Shown here piece by piece: positions 55,731 to 64,000 of a stretch of DNA of 64,000 nucleotides. The position numbers and the translations under genes were made by a program. The stretch comes from Bacillota bacterium (GTDB lineage Bacteria > Bacillota > Clostridia > DUPQ01). The notes below the pieces were generated by a model. The model was not told where the DNA came from and made no database searches. It worked only from the letters and a program-made list of their open reading frames with translations. Each line of letters starts with the position of its first letter. Position 1 is the first letter of the stretch. The stretch spans positions 3,523 to 67,522 of the forward strand of contig DAINQB010000001.1 of assembly GCA_036743175.1 (NCBI GenBank), in the 5' to 3' direction.

Positions 55731-55760
55731 ATTTTACTCCCCCATTATCCCACTGTCAAC
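55731..55760 (-). promoter_or_regulatory. mraZ / cell-wall-cluster promoter: TTGACA, 17 nt, TAAAAT
   Basis: On the minus strand, -35 TTGACA is at 55760..55755, the spacer is 17 nt (G-rich), and -10 TAAAAT is at 55736..55731. Confidence 0.5.
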
Positions 55761-55784
55761 CCCCAAACCCCACTCGATTTTCCA

Positions 55785-55857
55785 TTTTTTTTACTTTCAC
55801 CCCCGGGGTAAAAGTTAAATCTTTTTACTTTTACCCCGGGGGTGAAAGTAAAAAAAA
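55785..55857. repeat. 30-bp perfect inverted repeat TTTTTTTTACTTTCACCCCCGGGGTAAAAG with a 13-nt loop (bidirectional hairpin or insulator)
   Basis: Left arm 55785-55814 and right arm 55828-55857 are exact reverse complements, flanked by T8 and A8 runs. Confidence 0.6.
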
Positions 55858-55887
55858 GAACAAAAAAGAAGCGCCGGGAGGCGCTTC
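55851..55887 (-). terminator. intrinsic terminator of the methyltransferase gene (stem GAAGCGCC-GGGA-GGCGCTTC plus T-tract)
   Basis: 8-bp GC stem at 55868-55887 overlapping the stop codon, followed on the minus strand by TTCTTTTTTGTTCTTTTTTTT. Confidence 0.5.
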
Positions 55888-56446
55888 AGTGTTTTTGGAT
55901 GCAGATGAATATGGGTGGATAGCCCCGTTGGTTGATGAATGATCTCATTTCAACGGTGTACTTGTGTTGGTCAAGGGTGCCGGTAAAGGCAATGATTTCG
56001 TCCCTTTCCCTGAAGCCTGTATCTCCTCCATGATAGATGACTATCAGGATGATACCACCCGGCAGCAATAGCTCTGATGCCGCCTTTATTGCCTGGATGC
56101 TGGATTCTGCTTCAGTCTGTACGGAATGGTCGCTACCCGGCAGATAGCCAAGATTGAACATTACACAGGATATTCCTGGTTTAACATATTTTTTCATGTT
56201 TGCATGACTGTCCATGATAAGTCTGACATTTTCAGGTGCACCATTTGATTCGAGGAGTTTCCGGGTTGATGCAATTGCAATTTCCTGAATATCGAATGAA
56301 TATACAATGCCTGTTTCTCCAACCAAACCGGAGAGCAGCAGTGTGTCGCGCCCGTGTCCGGCAGTCGCATCAACAACCCTGTCTCCGTATTTTACTTGCA
56401 ATTTTGCATATCCCCTTGATACTCCAAGGGAGTTAATCAATTCCAT
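55886..56446 (-). CDS. class I SAM-dependent methyltransferase (YtqB-like putative rRNA/tRNA methylase)
   Basis: VDATAGHGRDT motif I and an acidic motif II. The start is taken at the internal MELINSLG. Confidence 0.55.
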   Translation of the reverse strand: MELINSLGVSRGYAKLQVKYGDRVVDATAGHGRDTLLLSGLVGETGIVYSFDIQEIAIASTRKLLESNGAPENVRLIMDSHANMKKYVKPGISCVMFNLGYLPGSDHSVQTEAESSIQAIKAASELLLPGGIILIVIYHGGDTGFRERDEIIAFTGTLDQHKYTVEMRSFINQRGYPPIFICIQKH

Positions 56447-57155
56447 ACCCCAGATCCCTAAGTTCACCGGGCGTAAGATATCTCCACTTACCTTCAGGAA
56501 GTTTGCTGTCATGGATACTGCCAATTCCAGTCCTTTTCAAAGTAATGACCTTCAATCCGGCTGTCTCAAACATTTTCCTGACCTGTCTGTTTCTTCCTTC
56601 AAATATGGTTATTCTTACATCCCATTTCCCATGGCCCTTGTATTCAGTAACCTTTGCTCTTTGTGTAATATAGTCTCCGATGTCTATTCCTGACGCAAGC
56701 CTTTGAAGTACTGCCTGCCCTGGTCTTGAATCACATGCCACCAAGTATGTCTTTCCAATATGATTAGATGGATGCATCATGAAATTTGCGAATTCGCCGT
56801 CATTGGTCAGAATCAGCAATCCGGATGTATCATAGTCAAGTCTTCCCACCGGATATATCCGCTCGTTGAAATCCTTGAAGAAATCCAGTACAGTCCGTCT
56901 TCCGAATTCGTCAGAAGCCGTGGTTATTACTCCCTCCGGTTTATTGAATAAAATATAATGCTTTTCTGACTCCGGTGAAATTGGTCTGCCGTCAAATGTC
57001 ACTTCATCACCATCGGAAACCTTGGTTCCCAATTCAGTGACGGTTTCTCCATTTACGGCTATCCGCCCGGCCAAAATCAGCTCCTCAGCTTTTCTTCTGG
57101 AGGAGATTCCACAGGCAGCAATATATTTTTGAAGTCTCATGCCTGCCTCTTTCAT
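56433..57155 (-). CDS. rluB: pseudouridine synthase (RsuA/RluB family) with N-terminal S4 domain
   Basis: S4 domain (MRLQKYIAACGISSRRKAEELI) and a catalytic PVGRLDYDTSGLL motif. Confidence 0.8.
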   Translation of the reverse strand: MKEAGMRLQKYIAACGISSRRKAEELILAGRIAVNGETVTELGTKVSDGDEVTFDGRPISPESEKHYILFNKPEGVITTASDEFGRRTVLDFFKDFNERIYPVGRLDYDTSGLLILTNDGEFANFMMHPSNHIGKTYLVACDSRPGQAVLQRLASGIDIGDYITQRAKVTEYKGHGKWDVRITIFEGRNRQVRKMFETAGLKVITLKRTGIGSIHDSKLPEGKWRYLTPGELRDLGYGID

Positions 57156-57161
57156 TGGAGC

Positions 57162-57746
57162 TCAATCCATTGGAATTCTGTCGTCAGGAAAAACCTTGGG
57201 TTCTTCTTCAGGACCTTCCGGTGATGTATCCACAGGAATAAGGTCATCAAGGGACCGGAAGCCGAATGCACGGTAGAATTCCACCGATGGCCTGTAGACT
57301 ACGGGCCTTCCGGGGGCATCAAGCCTGCCCGCTTCTTCAATGAGGCCCTTGTCAACCAATGTACTTATCGATGAACCGGAGTTGACCCCCCTCACCGATT
57401 CAACCTTTGCCCTGGTGGCTTCTGTATTATATGCAATTACTGCAAGTGTTTCATAGGCTGCCTGGGACAGACTTTTGTTGTCAATCTTCTCAAACAGCAG
57501 TCTGACATTCTCAAAGTAAAGTGGATTTGTGCACATCTGCCAGGATCCGTTCAGCTCCCTGAGTACGATTCCCCGGTGCTCCCCGTTATACTCCTCTGAC
57601 AACTCCTTTAAAAGCCTTTCAACTGTTCCTTTGTCAATATCCAGAGCAGAGGCTATCCTCCCCGGCTGTATCTCCTCCCCGGTTGCAAACAGCATGGCCT
57701 CCAGAATATTCTTGTAATCCCTGTCTTTCATATCCATCTCCGTCAT
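57162..57746 (-). CDS. scpB: segregation and condensation protein B
   Basis: Tandem winged-helix ScpB pattern. It overlaps scpA by 4 nt. Confidence 0.85.
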   Translation of the reverse strand: MTEMDMKDRDYKNILEAMLFATGEEIQPGRIASALDIDKGTVERLLKELSEEYNGEHRGIVLRELNGSWQMCTNPLYFENVRLLFEKIDNKSLSQAAYETLAVIAYNTEATRAKVESVRGVNSGSSISTLVDKGLIEEAGRLDAPGRPVVYRPSVEFYRAFGFRSLDDLIPVDTSPEGPEEEPKVFPDDRIPMD

Positions 57747-58516
57747 TTATACAATTCCGGCACATCAGTGAAGTCATCTTCTTTCAGCTGTTCGGTTCTT
57801 CTTACGATGATATCCTCAAAAATACCCCGCTGGCGCAGTTTTGCCTTCCTTGACCTGGCCATTTCCAATATAGAAAGGAAACCTGTGATGGAATCCAGTC
57901 TGTTGGCTCCCTTCCCCATGAATTCCTCGAAGAAACTGATTTCTTCCTTCTCAAACAGAAGCTTGACCAGCTTTCGCAGTTTTTGTTCAACCGTATATTT
58001 TTCGTGCCGCAGAATATTGTTTACTTTCCTGGCTCCCAGGTTCTTCCTTGCTATGCTTCTTTCACAAATAAGCACATACATGTCCCTGAGCACATTCGGA
58101 GCAAGGCTGTAGGTTCTTTCAGTCTTACCAAAATCCTCGGATGATGGCTTTCTGTAGAAGTTAAGTCCTGCCGTTGCATGTATATCCTTTAGAAGCCCTG
58201 CGGACGCCTTGCATCTCTTGTACTCCAATAGCTGCAACACCAGCTGCTCCCTGGGGTCAATCTCATCCTCTTCTTCAGACACTGTCGGCAGCAGCATACG
58301 TGATTTGATGTGCAGCAGGGTTGCGGCCATTACAAGGAACTCACTTGCTATATCCATGTTCAGGCTTTCCATAGCGAAAAGATATTCGAGATACTGCTCG
58401 GTTATCTCTGAAATTTGAATATCATAAAGGTCCATCTCATTTTTTTCAATAAGATGAAACAGAAGGTCGAAAGGCCCTTGAAAATTCTCAAGTTTCAGGT
58501 CACACTTTACTTCCAT
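57743..58516 (-). CDS. scpA: segregation and condensation protein A
   Basis: ScpA kleisin pattern, upstream of scpB. Confidence 0.85.
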   Translation of the reverse strand: MEVKCDLKLENFQGPFDLLFHLIEKNEMDLYDIQISEITEQYLEYLFAMESLNMDIASEFLVMAATLLHIKSRMLLPTVSEEEDEIDPREQLVLQLLEYKRCKASAGLLKDIHATAGLNFYRKPSSEDFGKTERTYSLAPNVLRDMYVLICERSIARKNLGARKVNNILRHEKYTVEQKLRKLVKLLFEKEEISFFEEFMGKGANRLDSITGFLSILEMARSRKAKLRQRGIFEDIIVRRTEQLKEDDFTDVPELYK

Positions 58517-58529
58517 TGAAAAACAACAC

Positions 58530-59519
58530 CTATTCCCAGTCTATCTTCATAGCCTTACGAACATCCTTCATGGTTTCTTCCACGATCTTACGGGCATTGG
58601 AGGTTCCCCTGGCGAGTATCTCCCTTACCATCCCCGGATTCGCATCAATCTCATCCCGTCTTTCGTGTATCGGTTCCATGGCTGCAGACAGTTTGTTGAA
58701 TAGATTCTTCTTGCATGCTACACAGCCTATTTTCCCGGCCTTGCAGTCGCATTCTATTTCCGGTACTTCCTGTTCATTGAATATCTTATGGTAACCGAAC
58801 ACCGGGCATATGTCCGGATGGCCGGGATCATCTTTCTTTATCCTTGCAGGGTCAGTGATCATACTCATTACCTTCTGCCGAAGGACATCTCCCCTGTCCT
58901 TGAGGGCTATGGTATTGTTGTAGCTTTTGCTCATCTTCCTGCCGTCAAGACCCGGAAGCACCTTAGCTTTCGTAAGCAGCGGCTGGGGTTCAGGGAAAAC
59001 GCTGTCATAGAGGAAGTTGAACCGTCTGGCTATTTCCCTTGTCATTTCTATATGAGGAAGCTGATCCTCTCCAACGGGAACGAAATCAGCCCTGTAAATC
59101 AGGATATCAGCAGCCTGAAGGCACGGATACCCGAGGAAACCATAGGTCCTTATATTCTTGTCCTCCATTTGTACCAGCTGATCCTTGTAGGTAGGACACC
59201 TTTCAAGCCATGAAAGAGGTGTAATCATGGAAAACAGAAGATGCAGTTCAGCATGTTCCTTCAAGGCAGACTGCAGGAATATATTGCACTTATCGGGATC
59301 AAGTCCGGAAGCATAGAGGTCCTTAACTACCTCATCAATGTTTTCCTTGTAGCCAGCAGTGTCTTCATATCCTGTCGTAAGCGCATGCCAGTCGGCAATA
59401 AAGAAATAGCAGTCATATTCATCCTGTAACCTTACCCAGTTCTGAACCGCTCCCAGATAATTGCCTATGTGCAGTGACCCTGTGGGCCTTGCTCCGCTCA
59501 ACACTACTTTCTTTGACAT
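58530..59519 (-). CDS. trpS: tryptophan--tRNA ligase
   Basis: HIGN (HIGH-type) and KMSKS motifs. The start MSKKVVLSG has a GGAGG SD. Confidence 0.9.
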   Translation of the reverse strand: MSKKVVLSGARPTGSLHIGNYLGAVQNWVRLQDEYDCYFFIADWHALTTGYEDTAGYKENIDEVVKDLYASGLDPDKCNIFLQSALKEHAELHLLFSMITPLSWLERCPTYKDQLVQMEDKNIRTYGFLGYPCLQAADILIYRADFVPVGEDQLPHIEMTREIARRFNFLYDSVFPEPQPLLTKAKVLPGLDGRKMSKSYNNTIALKDRGDVLRQKVMSMITDPARIKKDDPGHPDICPVFGYHKIFNEQEVPEIECDCKAGKIGCVACKKNLFNKLSAAMEPIHERRDEIDANPGMVREILARGTSNARKIVEETMKDVRKAMKIDWE

Positions 59520-59555
59520 CTTAAACCTCCATATAAAAGTCATCATCAATGACGA

Positions 59556-60242
59556 CTACATAAACAAACCTACTATGAATCTGGCCGCTATCATAAACCC
59601 TTCCCTGAAGGGATAGACCAGTGTATCAAGTACTGTTCTAAGTATCCCCGGAGCTACAAGAATCAGCAGAATCATTGCAAGCCCCACATATCTTTCATAC
59701 TGCATGACCCCGAAATAGTATTTATCCGGCAGCAACCCATAGAATATCCTGGATCCATCCAGGGGCGGTATGGGTATAAGGTTGAAAACTGCAAGATACA
59801 GGTTGACTGTAAAGAACAATACAAGGAATGTGAAGAAAATCTCAGCAACCTTGGTAAGAGGCCTTGTTGCATAATACTGTATCATTACCTGTATGGGAAA
59901 TGCAGTTATGAATGCAAGGGTAAGGTTGGACAGCGGTCCTGCAATCCCCACCTTCACCATGTCCTGCTTCGGGTCCTTGAAATTCATCTGGTTTACAGGA
60001 ACCGGTTTTGCCCAGCCTATGCGTGCAACTATCATCATTATGGTTCCAAGGGGATCAAGGTGCTTCAGAGGGTTAAGTGTAAGTCTTCCCCTGCTCTTTG
60101 CAGTATCGTCCCCAAGCCTGTATGCAACGAATGCATGGGAATACTCATGGAAAGTCAGTGCTATTATAAGCACCGGTATCATATATAAATAATTTGTAAT
60201 AGTTCCTAATATATTAATGGTAACCTCCCGGGCGTGGCCCAA
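59556..60242 (-). CDS. site-2 protease (M50) family membrane metallopeptidase
   Basis: HEYSHA (HExxH) in a TM helix and an LDG motif. Confidence 0.7.
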   Translation of the reverse strand: MGHAREVTINILGTITNYLYMIPVLIIALTFHEYSHAFVAYRLGDDTAKSRGRLTLNPLKHLDPLGTIMMIVARIGWAKPVPVNQMNFKDPKQDMVKVGIAGPLSNLTLAFITAFPIQVMIQYYATRPLTKVAEIFFTFLVLFFTVNLYLAVFNLIPIPPLDGSRIFYGLLPDKYYFGVMQYERYVGLAMILLILVAPGILRTVLDTLVYPFREGFMIAARFIVGLFM

Positions 60243-60272
60243 TGTTTTAGATTATTCTAACACAAACAACAT

Positions 60273-60297
60273 ATGCCGGACAAATCCTGTCCGGCAT
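60273..60297 (-). terminator. hairpin downstream of the carboxypeptidase gene (ATGCCGGACA-AATCC-TGTCCGGCAT)
   Basis: 10-bp perfect stem with only a weak T-tract. Confidence 0.3.
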
Positions 60298-60318
60298 TTC
60301 AGGAATTCCTGTGTAAAA

Positions 60319-61530
60319 TCATTTTACAATGCCGAACCAGGACAGTATCTTCCGCCAGAGCAGCTTGAAGAATCCTGCTTTTTCAGTTCCCGTTTCTGTG
60401 AGGATTGCCGTTGACCCGAGTTCCTCTCCGTCAAGGACATATGTTATCTTTCCAATTACAGTTCCTGCAGTCACAGGGGCTTCGAGCACATCAGGGATCT
60501 CAACGACCCTTTCTATTCTGTCAAAATCCTTGATTTTCAACAAGAAGGTGGAGTCTCCCTCGACATATGAAGTAACTTCAAGTTCTATCCCTTTTTCAAC
60601 AGGTATGCTTCCTGCCGGTTTCCCACCGTCATCTATTGTAAGGAAATCAAATTCCAGGAAACCATAGTCGAGAAGCTTCATGGAATCAGCAAACCTCGTA
60701 TTTGTATCATCGGCTCCCATTACCACCGAAACAAGTTTAAAACCATTTCGTTCTGCCGTTGCAGCGAGACAGTGGCCTGCCAATGTGGTGAATCCAGTCT
60801 TAAGCCCCGTTGCTCCACTGTAATATTGAATCAGCTTATTCCTGTTGTACAGATCAACCTGGTCTTCCGTTCCCTCCCTGAAAGGTTCATAGATCTTTGA
60901 AGTTATTTCAAGGATTTCAGGATATGTATTCACAAGTGCAAGTGCCAGTGTTGCTGTATCCCGTGCAGTGGAATAATGACCTTCATCAGATAAGCCTGTG
61001 CAATCCCTGTACAAGGTATCATTCATACCAAGTTTTTCTGCAGCAGCGTTCATAAGGGACACAAAGGAAGCTTCATTTCCTGCGATGGCTTCAGCCACGG
61101 CAACAGCTGCATCATTTGCCGAGTGAAGTTCAATTGCATACAGCATCTCACGCAAGGTGAACTGTTCCCCGGGTTCAAGCCATACCTGTGAACCTCCGAA
61201 ACTGCATGCATACTCACTTGCAGTAATGATATCGTCGAAACTCATTCGACCTGCAGCCAGTTCCCCCATTATGATGTAAGTGGTCATTATCTTTGTAAGA
61301 CTCGCCATTGGATATCTGTTGTCAGCATTCTTTGAAAACAGTTCCTGTCCGGTGGTCATCTCAAGAAGGATGAAGCTCCTTGATGCCAGATTGTTTATAT
61401 CTGAGGACAGAACCTTCTGATTCACTATATTGATGTCGAAATCCTCATCCTGCGCCAGAACCTGTGTCAGTACCATTGAAAGCATCAGCACAAGGCTTAA
61501 AAGTATCATTGTGATTTTTTTCATGTTCAA
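60319..61530 (-). CDS. dacB: D-alanyl-D-alanine carboxypeptidase (S11 family, PBP5-like)
   Basis: Signal peptide, then SLTK (SxxK), SAND (SxN) and KTG motifs. Confidence 0.8.
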   Translation of the reverse strand: MNMKKITMILLSLVLMLSMVLTQVLAQDEDFDINIVNQKVLSSDINNLASRSFILLEMTTGQELFSKNADNRYPMASLTKIMTTYIIMGELAAGRMSFDDIITASEYACSFGGSQVWLEPGEQFTLREMLYAIELHSANDAAVAVAEAIAGNEASFVSLMNAAAEKLGMNDTLYRDCTGLSDEGHYSTARDTATLALALVNTYPEILEITSKIYEPFREGTEDQVDLYNRNKLIQYYSGATGLKTGFTTLAGHCLAATAERNGFKLVSVVMGADDTNTRFADSMKLLDYGFLEFDFLTIDDGGKPAGSIPVEKGIELEVTSYVEGDSTFLLKIKDFDRIERVVEIPDVLEAPVTAGTVIGKITYVLDGEELGSTAILTETGTEKAGFFKLLWRKILSWFGIVK

Positions 61531-61542
61531 CTCCGTTTATCT

Positions 61543-62862
61543 TCAGTATTCTTCAATTCTACCATGGGTTACCCTGCCAAGTATCAACTTTCTTTCCGGA
61601 AGCTGGGTGTCGGATATCTCACATGCTCCAAGATATATCCTTTCCTGGTTTTCCATATCCTTGATATCTGAGTAAAGGACAGCCATGGGTTCACCTTTTA
61701 CAACTTCCTCTCCCGGTTTTTTCAGGATCCTTATTCCTGCTGAATAATCTATTGGGTCGCTCTTTTTGCTACGTCCGGCCCCCAGGTTCATTGATATGAT
61801 TCCAATTGTCTTTGCATCAATCGAAACTATGAAACCATCCTCAGGAGCCTTGATTTCATGGGTGTAAAGGGGCTTCTTGAGTCCTTCCCCTTTTTCAAGG
61901 ACAGAGGCATCCCCGCCCTGGGCAGTTATCATTTCGCAGAGCTTTTTGTAAGCGGACCCATCACGGATCTTTTTCCTCGCAGTTTCCGTCGCTTCCCCGA
62001 TGGTCCTTCCGGAAGTCATATGTATGAGTTCTGCAGCCAGGGCCACGGAAACATTATATAAATCGGATCCAGCATGCTCTCCTTTTAATATTTCAACAGC
62101 CTCCATGACTTCAATTGAGTTCCCCACCGTTCTGCCAAGGGGATTGTCCATCATGGTTACAAGTGCCGAAACCTTCCTCCCATTTGCGGTACCTATGTCA
62201 ACCATTTTCTCAGCCAGCTCAAATGCTTCTTCGGGATTTTCCATGAATGCACCTGACCCGGTCTTGACATCAAGGACTATATTTTTTGCACCAGCAGCTA
62301 GTTTCTTGGACATGATGCTGGTTGCTATAAGCGGTATGCTGCTTATTGTTGCGGTAACATCCCTGAGGGCATACATTATCTTGTCAGCAGGCACCATGTT
62401 GCCGGACTGGCCCGAAAGACACAGTCCCGTCTTTTTATATGTTGCCTCAAACTGAGCCATGCTCATGTCCATCTTCATGCCGGGTATTGATTCAAGCTTG
62501 TCAACCGTTCCTCCGGTATGTCCAAGACCCCTTCCCGACATCTTGGCTACAGTCAGTCCGCAGGCCGCTGCCACAGGTATAACAATGAGGGAAGTCTTGT
62601 CCCCGACCCCACCCGTACTATGTTTATCGACAGTTATATATTCATCAGAAAACTCAAGGGTGTCTCCGGAAGAAGCCATCAGCATACAAAGTTCTGAGGT
62701 TTCCTTCTTGCTCATGCCGTTAAGATAGATTGCCATCATAAGCGCAGTGGTTTGGTAATCAGGGATACTGCCGGCAACAATGCCTTTTACAAAGAACTCC
62801 AGTTCTTCATATGTAAGGGCTTTCCCATCCCGTTTTCTGGCTATGATATCAAACATTTTCAT
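61543..62862 (-). CDS. pdp: pyrimidine-nucleoside (thymidine) phosphorylase
   Basis: Glycosyl-transferase family 3 plus PYNP C-terminal pattern. The start is taken at MKMFDIIARKRDG. Confidence 0.85.
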   Translation of the reverse strand: MKMFDIIARKRDGKALTYEELEFFVKGIVAGSIPDYQTTALMMAIYLNGMSKKETSELCMLMASSGDTLEFSDEYITVDKHSTGGVGDKTSLIVIPVAAACGLTVAKMSGRGLGHTGGTVDKLESIPGMKMDMSMAQFEATYKKTGLCLSGQSGNMVPADKIMYALRDVTATISSIPLIATSIMSKKLAAGAKNIVLDVKTGSGAFMENPEEAFELAEKMVDIGTANGRKVSALVTMMDNPLGRTVGNSIEVMEAVEILKGEHAGSDLYNVSVALAAELIHMTSGRTIGEATETARKKIRDGSAYKKLCEMITAQGGDASVLEKGEGLKKPLYTHEIKAPEDGFIVSIDAKTIGIISMNLGAGRSKKSDPIDYSAGIRILKKPGEEVVKGEPMAVLYSDIKDMENQERIYLGACEISDTQLPERKLILGRVTHGRIEEY

Positions 62863-62966
62863 GGCGCACACATCCTTTTTCAGCGATATATCCATTTTAC
62901 ATCATCAATTGATTTTTTTCCATTAAGGCAATTCCTTCATGTTAAAATGTACATATAACACATTAG

Positions 62967-64000
<1,034 letters not shown>

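Overview
This 64 kb window looks like chromosome from a low-GC Firmicute, probably a Clostridia-like gut anaerobe. About 85% of genes are on the minus strand. I see no rRNA, tRNA, CRISPR array, transposase or integrase. Because I have no search tools, every product name below rests only on motifs I could recognise by eye, and the confidences reflect that.

The backbone is housekeeping, and it is well supported:
- A complete mraZ-rsmH-ftsL-PBP-murE-murF-mraY-ftsW-murG cell-wall cluster, with what looks like a MraZ operator of four CCACTT direct repeats and a sigma-A promoter.
- scpAB, rluB, trpS, pdp, efp, nusB-xseAB-ispA and the asp23-amaP stress-protein pair.
- lexA divergent from a YneA-like LysM gene, with three Cheo (LexA) boxes between them.
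- T-box leaders upstream of serS and of pheS (pheS is cut off at the window start).
- cca, lysA and a GntR/citrate-synthase pair with a 24-bp palindromic auto-operator.

The less ordinary content:
- A 66-nt imperfect-palindromic element present at two loci (465-530 and 18736-18801, about 80% identical; locus B has an extra half-copy). Both copies sit about 63 bp upstream of the -35 of a minus-strand promoter. This is my leading candidate for an undescribed regulatory or repeat element.
- A long minus-strand redox/peptidase operon: an OYE (old yellow enzyme) / GltD-like fusion oxidoreductase, an SDR (short-chain dehydrogenase), a fumarate-reductase-like flavoprotein, an M14 carboxypeptidase and the 5-oxoprolinase genes pxpABC. 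It continues into a DUF2007 gene, a heparinase II/III-like lyase, a GH78 rhamnosidase, an acyl-ACP thioesterase and a CapA lipoprotein.
- An 854-aa lipoprotein that fuses a class-A beta-lactamase-like domain to a PQQ-like beta-propeller.
- A promoter-driven plus-strand operon of three uncharacterised membrane or secreted proteins (39256-41352).
- A DUF2089/SHOCT/DUF360 envelope-type operon with an unannotated 40-aa leader ORF.
- A 30-bp perfect inverted repeat next to an intrinsic terminator, upstream of mraZ.
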